Shown one piece after another: positions 26,454-38,276 of a DNA stretch of 54,514 nt. Both the position numbers and the translations under genes were made by a program. Origin of the DNA: Chromera velia (lineage: Eukaryota); assembly GCA_018398765.1 (NCBI GenBank), contig JAHBMJ010000183.1:1-54514 (forward strand). Reading direction: 5' to 3'. The notes below the pieces were generated by a model. It was not told where the DNA came from. It ran no database searches and worked only from the letters and a program-made list of their open reading frames with translations. Position 1 is the first letter of the stretch. Each line of letters opens with the position of its first letter.

Positions 26454-28492
26454 CGCACACACACACACTCATCAAATCAAGCACAGAGGACGGGAGGGAC
26501 TTACGATGGCAGTCCAACTCGAGGGCTTCGTAGGATCCCTGCAGGCACTGGATCTCTTGGGACTCTCCCTCCTTTCCGTATCCTTCTTTGCACGTGACAA
26601 CGGAGACAGACCCGTGAGCGTTCCCTCCGAACTTCACTTCATACCGATCCGACACAGCGGGCGAAATGGGGAAAGCCTCAAAGGGGGGGCATTCAGCTGC
26701 AGAATCACAGACAGAGTGAGAAACGGAATTATTCATGTGACGACGGACTTCAACACATATCACACGCACAAGGTTAGTTTCTCACTTTTTCTCACTTGTC
26801 TAAAACCCAACCGCCTAGCTGTCCGACTCACCGAAGCACTGCAGTAACAGAAAGTCCCACACGCCTTTATTTTCATACAGAATTTATTTTAGTACAGAAA
26901 AAGAATGCATGCACCGACTCACCGAAGCACTGCAGCAACGGAAAGTCCCACACGCCTTTATTTTTATACAGAATTTATTTTAGTACAGAAAAAGAATGCA
27001 TGCACCGACTCACCGAAGCACTGCAGCAACGGAAAGTCCCACACGCCGCCCCTGCAGTAGACTCTCTCCTCCTTCGGCCGAGTGCGTGTTGATGCAGGAG
27101 CGTACCCTTCTTCACAGACAATGGGGATGAAATCTCCGTAGCGAGTCGCCTTCTGGAGATCTCCAAGACCGAAACCCTCCTGCAGTCTGTAGTGGCCGTC
27201 CGTCGGCATCTCAAATGCCGGACAGTCAAGTTGGCAATCCAGCGTCTGAGCTCCCCATTCACCGTCAGCACACCAGACAATCTGAGGGTCTGTGCCTGTT
27301 GACTTCGAATACCCCTCTGCGCATGTGACGTTGCGAGTTGCCCCATGTCTGAGAGACCCGGCGCCCCTTCTGGGGGACACCACATACGCACCATTCAGGT
27401 CTGTGTACTCTGGACAAAGAGGGTAGCAGGACAGGGCAGGTTTAGTCCACTCCCCGTCGATGCACGCAACCGTGCGAGAGGTGTCGGTAATGCCCTCGGC
27501 AGGCGCCGTTCCCCCAGGGCAGACGACCTGCAGCTGGGTGTTGTGCCTCCTCGACTCTGTGAAACCAGCCACGGCTAGCTCGGGGGGAGGAGAGTACATC
27601 GTTGTGCAGTCAGCTGCAGAGATAGATGAGGATGTTGCAGACAGGCCAAACATAAAAAGAAGAAAATGCAGGAGACGAAAATAAAGTGACAGAAACGCAG
27701 AAAGTGAGACAGGACAACCCGCAGTATATCATTTACACAGACATAAGAGTAGAAAGCAGAATGCCTCACTGTTGGACCGACTGGCAGAAGCTTTTTCTCA
27801 TTTTCCACTGCGTGACGCAAGCAGGCCTCTTCTATAATTGAAGTTCATGCAGCACCAGGCCCATTCAAGGCTTCTTATGCACCTGGCCATCCGGGCTTTC
27901 CCATGTTCTTCCAGCAAGTCCTGAAAAAAATGTCCCTACACATACAATCGCACACGATTGCCCACTCCCACAAGAGCTCATCTTTTTCAAACTCACCCAT
28001 GCATTGAATTGTGGGGATTTCCCACTCTCCCTTTCCCTTGCACATGACGACCTCGTCCTCCCTCGCCGGATCGTTTGAGGAGAATCCCTTCTGACAGGAG
28101 ATCCGTCTCCAGTCTCCAAACCCATTCCCATCACTTCCCCCCACCAACAGATGCCTTGAGAACGTCTGGAGGTACTCCTCGAACATCGGGCACTTCGAGT
28201 GACACGTGCACGAGCAGAGGTTCTTCGGGTCGTTCAAGGGATCACAGTCCTCCCCTCCCTCCAACTGCCCGTTGCCGCATGCAGTTGTCCTGCCTGCAGG
28301 CAGCAGTAAGGGAGGGGAAAGGATGGGAGCCATCCCGTCCAATCCAAAGAAAGTCATTCATTCATACGGAAAAGGCAGAAGTGAAGAGACTGCTTCTTCG
28401 TCTTCTTCTTCTGCCCCTGTCCTCGCTGTATGCATTTACTTTTATACAGAATTCTTTCATACGGTAAGAAAACAAAAAAGAAAGACTTCTTC

Positions 28493-28524
<32 letters not shown>

Positions 28525-31500
28525 CTTCTTCTGCCCCTGTCTTCACTGTAACGTCTCAGAAGCAGACTTGATCATTCATTTGAAGACGCAAGCCGACCTA
28601 GATCCATGCATGCATCGATGATGCATCACACAGGCTTGTTCTAATTTGTTCACATTTCTTTTCTTTTTCTCTTTTCCACACAGCTTCGACGAGCAACAGA
28701 GCTTCGATCTGCCAGAGAGAATAGCGGGCTCTCGTTTAACCCCCCTTCTCCCATTTCTCTACCAGCGAAAACGCACAAGTCTATCCTTGTAGAACCTAAG
28801 CATGGATACCCCCCGACTGACGCACGCACGCACCTGCCAGACCGTCCAGGCCGTCTATCGTCTGTGCGACCTGCACAAGGGAATCTGCCTGAGACTTCAT
28901 CACAAACTTAGCGGCGTAGAGGAGACCTGCATGAGGGAGAGATGAGACAAGAGAGACAGGGCCAAGCAAAGTGAATGAAACATGTACGTTGGATTTATTC
29001 GCGTCTCATGTATCGTGTAAGAACATGTTTATTCATCCACCTGCAGAGGAACAAACGACAAATATTCATTCTTGCTTGCCCACTATCGTTGTTTGTGACT
29101 TGGTGACTTCAGTCATAGAAACACAAAGGAAGGCACATAATCTCACCGTCCCCCAACCAAACCCACGAACCCTTATTAAAAAAAAAACACGGACCGTCAA
29201 AGCAATGCTTGGCCTCCACTCCACACCCGAGCACCCACTGGCCCTCCTGAGCAGGCTTGGACCCCTCATCTCCCGAGAGATGGGGATCCGATGCCGTCTG
29301 CTTGAATCCCCCCCCGATCTCAAAGGCGCTCCCTGCCAATTGTTCTTTGTAGATTGAGAGCTGCATGCATCGATGCCAACAAGGATCAATGGGTCAACTG
29401 ATGTGAATGAAGCCACGCAACACAAAGAGAATAATGAGATTCGAGAAGAAATCAAGTCAGAGGCGTAAATCCTCGAAGAAGCAAATTTCAAACCTCTTTT
29501 GTTCGCGTTGATGCACGATGAGACCGATTGAAGATGCAAGGTCATCATGTGGTCTTCAATGAACTCTCCTACTTCCAAATGCACATTCCTCTTCTGGTCC
29601 TTCCTACCCACCCTCATCATTCCTCCAGCAGTGTATCCCGAGAAGACAAAACTCTGCACATGGCCAAAGCAGGTTTCCACAAAGTACCCTCCCCCCCCTG
29701 TGTCTGCGCCTGCTTGTGTCCCCCCCTCCTCTCCCTCCTCCGAACTGGCCGAGTCCCCTTGCCAAAGAAAACCGACACGGAGACCGGTCAGCTCCTTCTT
29801 CAGGGATGGAAGCGCAACAATCTGCATTCATTCATTCATTGGCAAGTGAAGGCGTCGGTGGGGTCAGTAAGTGTACGTGTTTATTGAGTATGGGAGTGCT
29901 TTTTGTTCTGCTCCTCTGTTGTGCAAATGCAGAAAGAAATCAGTCATGGAAAGCGTTCGGAAAAGAAGAAAAACTCCGATGCCATCAAAGAAGGGGCAGA
30001 CAACGAGCAAAAAGACAAAAAAAAGTCATGAATCGAGAAAGACGCTGTCATGACGACAAAGAGAAACCAATGCACCCAGAAACCTCAAGAGAGAAAAAGG
30101 CGAACAATCAGGAAATGTTTCCAAGGGGAACCTTCACAAACAAGCAAAGAAGATTGAAAGACTGAAGCACGAAGCAAATATCCGGCTCAGGGGGGTAAAT
30201 TTGTCCCCCGACGGTTCGCAAAGAGCCCTTTTTCTTTCTTTTACGAAAACCTTTCGACTTTCCAATTTCGTTGTCCTTTTCACTCATCCTTTTCAGACCT
30301 CACCTGAAAACCGTGTCCGTTGTCGAAGAGCACCTGTTTTCTTTTTCCCGCCGCAGAGGCAGCAAACTTGAGGGTGAGGTAAATAGTGAAACCGTTCGCG
30401 AGCCCGTCTCCCCTGCGGGAATAGAACAGACCCGTGAAAGAGTGGAATAGGAGGAATGCCGTTGCGAGTCCTATCCCATGCGCAACCACAAACCATATAG
30501 CCACCTATATGCCCGCTTTGCCGTTCTCTCCCACCGTGCATACACGCATACGTTTTCCGGTGTTGTTCTTTCCAGATTGGGACTCTTCATCCATTTGCAT
30601 GCAGAGACAATCAGCGATTGCGTGAAAGAAAAAGAAATGATTTTGGCTCTTTCGACAGAAAAGCATTTGGGTCAAAATGGGAAGAATGTCTTTAAAAGAA
30701 GGCACGAGACACACAGAGCTATCACATCGTGGAGGAGCGAAGAAAGGCGAGAAGGAACAAAAACAAAAATATATGGCGCCTTTTGTCTCTTTTTTTCTCT
30801 TCTCCTGTCTTCCGTTTTCCGAGTCTGACCTTATCAATGGAGGCATCATCCCATGAATCCTCAGAGCCCCCCCGTAATGGAAGAGGACTCCTTTGGCAAA
30901 CGAGACGCGACCCCCCAAAGGTTGGACGAATGAGAGCTGGTCGGGGAGAGTGCCTTCCTCATTCGGCCAGGTCTCAATATGATTAAATCCTGTACGCTTG
31001 ACGGATGTGAAACCGAAAGTGATCTCTTCAAAAGCTCCAACAGGGACAGAAGTTATAGAGTCGTCTGACTTCGTGTCATCTTCCCCCTTGGATGACTTTT
31101 GTTGTAGAAAATCCGTAAAATACCCCCCTGGCTCTCTTCTTCGTCTGCGTTTTTCTCTTCTTTTCTCTTTTGTTGTATCTTTTGTATCTTCTGACGACAC
31201 ATCTGTCTCCTCACTAAAATTTAAACTTGGAGGCCCCGGCGTGCCTCTGTGAAGATGAGAGGGATCCTCTTCCTCCTCTTCCTCTTCTGAATCACTCAAA
31301 TCTGAATCACCTTCCTCCTCTTCCCCCTCCTCCTCCTTCTCCTCCATCTCAACAAAAGAAGACCCCCCTAAACTTCCCCCCCCCTCTCTCCTCTCATCCG
31401 TCTCCCTCCCCCCCAGGTCCGATTCCCGACCCCGGGAGGAAGAGAGACCCCACGACTCCATCAAGTCAGGCCCCAAAGAGACAGACGCATCGTTGCGAAG

Positions 31501-32294
31501 CACAGACTCCCTCAGTGCAGCAAAACGCATCGAGGCACTCACCCCCACCTGCTGCTGTTGGTGTCTCTCCTGAAAAAGAGGATGAGTCTTCTGGGGTGCG
31601 GACGGAGAAAAAGAAACCGCCCCTTGACTCTCCTGGTTCGAACTGCTTACTTCCTCATTCTCACTTTCTCCCTGCCGGGCTGTATGAACTGCATCTGCGG
31701 TCTTCCGTCGATTTCGGGCCTTTCTGTGACTCTCTTCATTTCCACCTGCACACAGCGGCACATAGAAGGTGAGCGAGCGAGCGAGCTACTGAGTGAGTCA
31801 GTGTACGTCTAGATAGAGAAACCGTGGGATATTGAGGTGCGGGAGCGGGGAAGAAGGGGAAGTGGAGCACATATGCTGTCATACAGACAAGCTCAAATTC
31901 GATCGAGCAGGGAACTGCAAGATATTGACAAGCCAGTATCAACCATTTGCTCCTCCTTTGTCTTTTCCAATACTCTCCTTCCTCTCCCTCCCTCTCTCTT
32001 GGTCTGCCTCTTTCTTTGTCAACCATTGTGCTCGTCAGTTAGACAAAAGACTCGGACGACAGAGGGGGGGGAAGTGAAGGATGGCGGGAAAGATTAAAAA
32101 AAGCTGAGAGAGTCTCCGTACCTTTCTGCCCCAGAAGAATTCCGTCCCCAACTCCCAAGACACCCTGCAGAATGCGGGTGCATTAAAAATGCAGTGAGAA
32201 AGCTCTTTATGCTAATGTCCGCAGAATCATATTCATATACAAGTGTGCACTTGGAGAACCTTCTGTGTCGAAATGGGCTCTCTCCCCTGTGCCT

Positions 32295-32326
<32 letters not shown>

Positions 32327-32649
32327 TCCTGCCTGCCTGCTTGCCTGCCTGCCTGCCTGCCTCAGAAGGCAGGGCCAGAGAAGCGCATGCTTTTGCGTCA
32401 AAGACACGGTTTTTTCTGTCACGCAGGCGTCCATGCAATAAAACCACGTTGAATTGCATGCATGCAAATTCAGGACAGCGTCTCGATTACTTCAACGAAA
32501 AGCAATTAATTGCATGCAGAGCCGAATGAGGGAGAAGCAGGCAGAGAGAGAATCAGACTCACCTTGTTCTGCCACAATAAACAAATCGCCACCAAACAAA
32601 TAAAGGGAAAGCGCCCCAGACCCGTGACAAGTCGAGGTCGCCTCCTCAT
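10214..32649 (-). CDS. Giant multi-exon secreted protein: signal peptide, acidic linker, LamG-like region, CGNG-x-E-x-CD module, ~18-20 Sushi/CCP modules, unrecognised Cys/Trp-rich C-terminus
   Basis: Exon 32563-32649 ([29 protein letters not shown]) splices in phase to 32122-32164 (GVLGVGDG...) and then to the long exon starting near 31745. Many exons carry the C-P...HG....V.C..GY.....C.DG.W....L.C pattern. The last three exons (~12541-12595, ~11802-11998, 10214-11167) join in phase. Exons at 12.7-16.5 kb are not fully resolved, so a split into two genes cannot be excluded. Confidence 0.72.
11578..11793. repeat. Intronic (CA)n/(GA)n/(GACA)n microsatellite
   Basis: Directly visible. Confidence 0.95.
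14090..14252. repeat. Intronic (CATT)n/(CAGT)n microsatellite
   Basis: Directly visible. Confidence 0.95.
16615..28200 (-). other. Main Sushi/CCP (SCR) repeat array of the giant minus-strand gene
   Basis: Examples: CPEYTDL...[39 protein letters not shown] (27.2-27.4 kb); CPPFEAF...[15 protein letters not shown]...[13 protein letters not shown] (26.5-26.7 kb); CPMFSL...ISCKVGYS...[14 protein letters not shown] (26.0-26.15 kb); [14 protein letters not shown]...[13 protein letters not shown] (20.6-20.8 kb). Confidence 0.9.
26823..27047 (-). repeat. 91-bp tandem repeat (3 copies) spanning an exon end and its splice donor
   Basis: ccgactcaccgaagcactgcag(c/t)aac(g/a)gaaagtcccacacgcc occurs at 26823, 26914 and 27005. 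Confidence 0.9.
28241..28279 (-). other. [13 protein letters not shown] cysteine-rich motif (Myxococcus Cys-rich repeat/DUF4215 type, also present in pappalysins)
   Basis: Translated motif in ORF 27875-28357, immediately N-terminal to the first Sushi module. Confidence 0.75.
28835..31060 (-). other. Putative LamG/concanavalin-like domain split over several exons
   Basis: Beta-strand-like segments [10 protein letters not shown]...[28 protein letters not shown] and a following LLYAAKF segment resemble the LamG consensus. Pattern recognition only. Confidence 0.45.
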
Positions 32650-33641
32650 TTTTTCAAAACCAAAACTTGTCTGTTGACTCTTCTGCCAATTCTCGTTCAA
32701 TTCTTTGAGACAACGATTAAATAATTGAACTGGACGTCTTTGCCCAATGAACGCCTTAATTAGTACAGAAAGTCTTTCGTCCACCGTCGGACTGCACTTC
32801 AAGCACCCCCTCTGTGGAAAAGGAGCCGTCTACGCGTGGCAGACTTGGACATTAAATTTCGATTCGGAATTAGATTGGTTTTTTGAGCACAGCGTGTCAG
32901 AACTGAGCAAGAGAAAGGCTGACGGTTCCGCGACCAAAGAACCTATGTGCATTAAGCGGGAGGTCAAAGGACTGACAACATCCTCTCCTCGTCTGTCTGT
33001 CTGTCGGTCTCCCAATGAAAGGCGTTGGCCGACACTGTACACTTACGTCGATCCTATATAGCGCTAGCTAGCTGTTTGAATGCATGCGGTGTAAGTACCG
33101 ATCGACCTGCGTCTGCATGTATCTGCATGCATTGCATGGGCCCCGCCGTACTTTTTTTATCATTGCTGTGAGCGATTGGTCCCGGAAAGCGCATGCAATC
33201 GCTGTTTTTCACCGAAAATCGATTTTTTGTTCGAAATGAGGTAAAAAAACTCGATCGATCGAGTTTTTACGGCTTTTGAAGCTGTAGAAAAATTCGAATT
33301 CTTGGATTTTTATACGTGTGTGCAGTGAAAAATTTACTGCTTAATTGAGCAGGTTTAATTAAATTGAGCTTTCCGGGGCCATCATCTGTATGGACACTAA
33401 TTTAATTTGTGCATATATGCATGGAATTTAAAGAGAAAATCATTCCATGCATGCATGCATGCATGCAATTCATGTACTGAGTCCTCTGCATGAACTTTCC
33501 TCTCATTCGACGCACTTTGAAGAGCCCGCTCCCGGTATGCCCTGTGCGCAGCTTTCTCTGAGACCTCGTCTGATCTGTACGTAAGAAAAAGCACGTGGAA
33601 CTTTTATTCTTCCAAAGAACCCAAGGTGCCCGGGAAGCAAC
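32650..33641. promoter_or_regulatory. Putative bidirectional promoter region with a TGCATGCA cluster and a 24-bp palindrome
   Basis: About 1 kb between divergent ATGs at 32649 (-) and 33642 (+). It contains an (ATGC)n run at ~33446-33467, several TGCATG at 33080-33200, and the palindrome aaaaactcgatcgatcgagttttt at 33245-33268. Confidence 0.5.
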
Positions 33642-36600
33642 ATGCAGATTCGCTGTGTGTTGCTCTGGGGCTGCACAGTCTCTCTTCTACCTCAGCTGGT
33701 AGACTGTGCGCTCGGTGAGTACTTCATTTTCTCTTTGTTCATTCACTCACGACCTTCAGACTCTGTCCATATATTGGTGTACATAATTGTTTTTGCAAAA
33801 ACGTGTGCGTATGTGGATTTGTGCGTGCAGATGAATGCTCCCTGCTGACACACAACTGCGCAGAAACGGCGGCATGTAGCGACACTGTGTCGTCCTTCAC
33901 ATGCTCTTGTAACAACGGGTACAGTGGAGATGGGATCACTTGCTCAGGTCTGTCTTTTGGGTCTTACAACTGAAGCGCGCTCCAAGATTGGATCAGAAAC
34001 AGTGTACGACAGACAAACCTTGTCTATTCAGGTGCGAGGGCCTGATTCGCGAAACCAAGATATTTGCACGTATTTTTCTCTCAATTTGCCCTCGATTGTG
34101 TGCAGACATTGATGAATGTACTACCGGAGTTCATAACTGCGCTGCCGACGTCATGTTCCCTTTTCGGTACTGCGAGAACTCAGTCGGATCCTTTATTTGC
34201 GACCTCCCGTCGGCGGGGGATCAAGACGCCGCCAGGGCAGATCCCGCGGCATCTGCTGCTGCGATTCTGCTCGCAACAAGCGATGAAGACATTCTACAGG
34301 GTCTGGAAACAGTCGCAGCCACCTCAGATTCTTTTGTATCTTTGCCTGACGAGGTCATAGCGGTTGTCGATAAGGCAGTCGGGGCGACAGAGAATGTGCT
34401 GACAAGTCTGGAAACGAGCATCCCGCCAACGTTTGAGCTTGTCAACTCAGTAAATACAAAAATCACCGCCATGGGCAAATTGACCAAGCAGGCAGGGGAG
34501 ACACAGGCAGCCTCTCTCTCCCCAACCTCCGGCGACACCTCATCGAAAGTCGCGAGCACATCCAAAACACTTACTCGGGTCGGTAGACTGTGGTGCTCTC
34601 ATAGGACACTGCGTTTACTCATTCATGGGTGCAATTGACTATTTTTCTCAACGACGCATCTCGTCCTTTCGTGGGGTGGCTGCCGGACTTGAATCTCTGC
34701 GGTTCCAATGAAAAGAGGCTCCACGATTTGTCTGTAGTGGGTTTTCAAAATAAAAATTGAATCCTTCTGTTTTGTGTCTCTCAGGTTGGGGGCACAGTCG
34801 CCCGCATGGCCACTCTTCTGAAGTCCACTGTGGGGGACGACGACGACGCATTTGACCTCCTCTCAGGGAGCACGGAATCCCTTGCGGGCCTCACACAGAC
34901 ACTCACGAGAATGGGCATTGCATCTGGGACTGCGAAGGCTTTCGAGGGGGTACGTCAATGGGGGATTCTGAGATTAGGCAGAGTGTGCACTTTTGAATAT
35001 CGAAACAAACTCCCCGGATGTGGGAAAAGACGGCGTCTGTTTGTGTTTTCTTTCTTTGTGGGGTTCCTTAGAGAGAAGACTCCGTCTTTCCGTCTGGCGA
35101 TGTTTGGTAATTCACAACAACAAAGACACTAAGGCTTAATTTCTCTCGATTTCCATTTTTCGATTCTATGCCGAGTTGAAAAGATACTGAGATCGAGAGT
35201 GAATGCCCGTCCATTCCTCTCTCTTTCGGCCTCGCTTTGGAGTGATTCACAGCTTTTATCTGTCATTCCGATTTCCTTCGATATTTCTCTTCCCACTCTT
35301 ACCCCTTCCCTGTTTGTGCATTGTTCATGTCTCATCTGACGGCGTGGATGCCTTTTTTTCCCTGTAAATGTATCCCTGTTTGTGCATTGTTCAGGTCTCA
35401 TCTGACGGCGTGGATGCCACAGAGCTTGCCAACAGAGAGACAGAGATGAAGGAAGTCTCAAAGGCAGTCATCAGCGGAGCAACGCAACTTTGTGAGTCGA
35501 CCGACTATGCATCGGACCATCAGACCATCAGATTTTTTATTCGTTCTGCAGCAGCGTGTTTTTTACTCCCTTCTTCTGCCCGCCAATCTGAAAAGAAAAC
35601 AGACACAAGAAGGAAAAGAAAGAGATAGACAAAGAATTCCAGTCAAGTGGTGGACAGATACAAACGCCGAATGTGCATCGAAGAAACTGTTACAGAGCCT
35701 TGTGCATGCAGCCCGGCCTTCCAACCGACGGCAAGACGGAAACATTCACAGCCATGCTAACTCTGAACGCGAATCCCCCGACCCCATAGGGAAAGTTTGA
35801 ATAGACACGAGTCTTCTCGAAGTGCTCTTTTTATTTTTATTCCAGTCTCACAGACACAATGCCCCACTTTTTCATGTCATTAACAATCAAATGTGCTTCT
35901 CTTTTCTGCAGCTGCTGCTATGGGTCGGACCCTTCCCGCAGGATCCCAACAGGTGATCTCTCCAGACGGTGCGGGCCTCTCCATCGCCACACAGACCCTC
36001 AACCCCATCGTAGACATTGTGGCAAAGGGGTACTTAGAGGTCCAACTCGGGCGAATCAAGTACAAGGTGGTGTTCTCAGAAGCCCAGAAGACCCGACTGA
36101 TGGAGATCGGCGAGGCAGGGTGCTCAGATGCGAAGTTGGCGTCCCTGTCTGTGGGGAGTTTCGATTGGGACTCGGGGCCGCATGATTACTCTGAAGCGAG
36201 TGCGAACCTGAAGGGGGGGTCAGTCGATCGGTGTGGAGACATCTCTCTCTCCCCCCCCCCCCCCCNNNNNNNNNNCCCCCCCCCTCTCTCTCTGTGTGTG
36301 TGTGTGTGTACTTTTGTCTGCTGTGTGCAATAAAGACATCCATTCGGCTGAATACACCTGTAGTCGTTTGCTTTCCCACTCTATGTGCGTGCATCTAACT
36401 GCATGTCTTTCCTCTCTTTTCTGTCTTCATGCATGCAGGTCCGCTTCTCTCCGCTGGTTCTACTGCGGGAATGACGTGGGGAAGAGCATCTTCGCAGATG
36501 ACTCTGTGATTTTGGAAGTGACTTTGCCCACCACAACGAAGAGCACTCTAAACCTGACGGGAAGACGGAGACGGCTGCAGGACTCCAACAGCACAGAGGA

Positions 36601-38237
36601 GGAGACCGAAGGCTCCGGGTGCGGGTATTGGGAGGATTCAGAGAGGAGGAGAAGGAGACTGACAGCACTTCCGAATGAGACCGCAGAGGGGGCGGTGCGG
36701 AGACTCGAGGAGGAAAGTGGATGGTCCCAGGGGTGTGGGAAGTTGGGAGAAGCCTCGGGAAGTGTGAGTTGCTTCTGTTCTGGTATCGGGAGTGAACTTG
36801 CAGAGACAGAGTTTGGAGAATTGGCCTTGGATGTCATTGATGTGATTGCAAATTTGAACTTTGACACCTTGTGGAACTTCACGAAGGCACTTGACAACAT
36901 CAAGATCGACAACATCATTCTCTGGCTCGTGGGGGTCCTTTTCCTCGTCTTCATCGTCAGAATGATTACGTGAGTTTGTTTCCTTTTCTTTAGGCATTGC
37001 AAAGAAATGCTTTGGTTTTTTGAAATTGGACTTGTGCTTCTGTGTGTACTTTTATATCAGTGTATCTCTCTCTCTATTTGTGTGTGAGTGGGTTTGTGTC
37101 TGCGTCCGATGTCTTCAAATCTGTCTCTGCTTACCGACAGATCCCCCCCCCCCTCTTTTTTTTAGAATCCCCTTTTTCTTGGTACGATCGATCGAATGCA
37201 TTGCGTTGGCTGGATCATTCGTTGAATAGATTAATTCAATCTTCCTTCTTTTTCGATTTCTGTTTCTCTTTCTTGTTTTCTGATCTATCGACGTGCAGCG
37301 CAATCATTCTGGATGAAAGGGACCCCATCGTAGACCGCAAAAAACTAGAGATGCTCTATCTCTCTAATCGGTGAGCGGGGTCGGGTTGTGTCTCCTGCTC
37401 TGTCTGAAACCTGAAGACTAGTCTCTTTCGGGAGACTGTTCCAAATTGGGTTCTTTAATTTTCCCAATGTGATAGGAGAGGAACTCTTGCATAAAGAAAG
37501 TAAGAAGTGGAGACCGATTGTTGCATGATCGCTTTCTCCGATACCCAAGTTTCGCTTTTTTCTCTTTCTCCTGCATACAAATTCCCACTGCAAATGCGGT
37601 GCGACGGCAGGATTATGACTTTGTGTATCCACATCTTTTTTCTTCCCCACCCCCCCCCCCCACTCCCTTTCTCTGTGTGTGTGTGTGCGTGTGTCTGCCT
37701 GCCTGCCACGTTGTTTGATTGTTGGTTCTGTTCTTTTGTCTTTGTTCTTTCTTTCTTTTTGTCTGTTGAGAACATGGAGAAAAGAAGGGAGAAGAAGAAA
37801 CATACAGTCTGTCTGTCTGTTTGTGTGTGTGTTTGCAGTCCTATTTTGGCCAGAGTCGTGGAGGGACCCCCTCCTGCCTGCTCGTGCTCTGCGTGCTTCG
37901 CGATTTTCCAACTGGCAGAGCTCGCCAAAGCCTCACAGAACCGATTCCAAAATAACTATTCGTCTGCGGCAGAATATCCTCTTTTTACGTCAGTCGAAAT
38001 CCTTTTGTTTGTTTTTCCTCTTTTCCTTTTCTTCTTTTACTTCTTTATACTCTTCTTCGTCTTGCGTCTCTCACCGCCTTTCTTTCTCTTGGTCTTTTTA
38101 ATTCGCTAGGTTAAGCGCGTCATTTGATCTAAAGGCCTTTCTGAACGTTTTTGGGATTCGTTCTTTTTTCTCAATGCAACCAAGGAGGGAGCGCTGATTC
38201 AAGACAGCTTTATCATCTCTCCCCCCCCCCCTCTCTC

Positions 38238-38276
<39 letters not shown>

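Noticed and set aside
36241..36300. Mirror-like ctctctc-polyC-N-polyC-ctctctc structure
   Set aside because: It straddles an assembly gap and is probably an artefact of a homopolymer.
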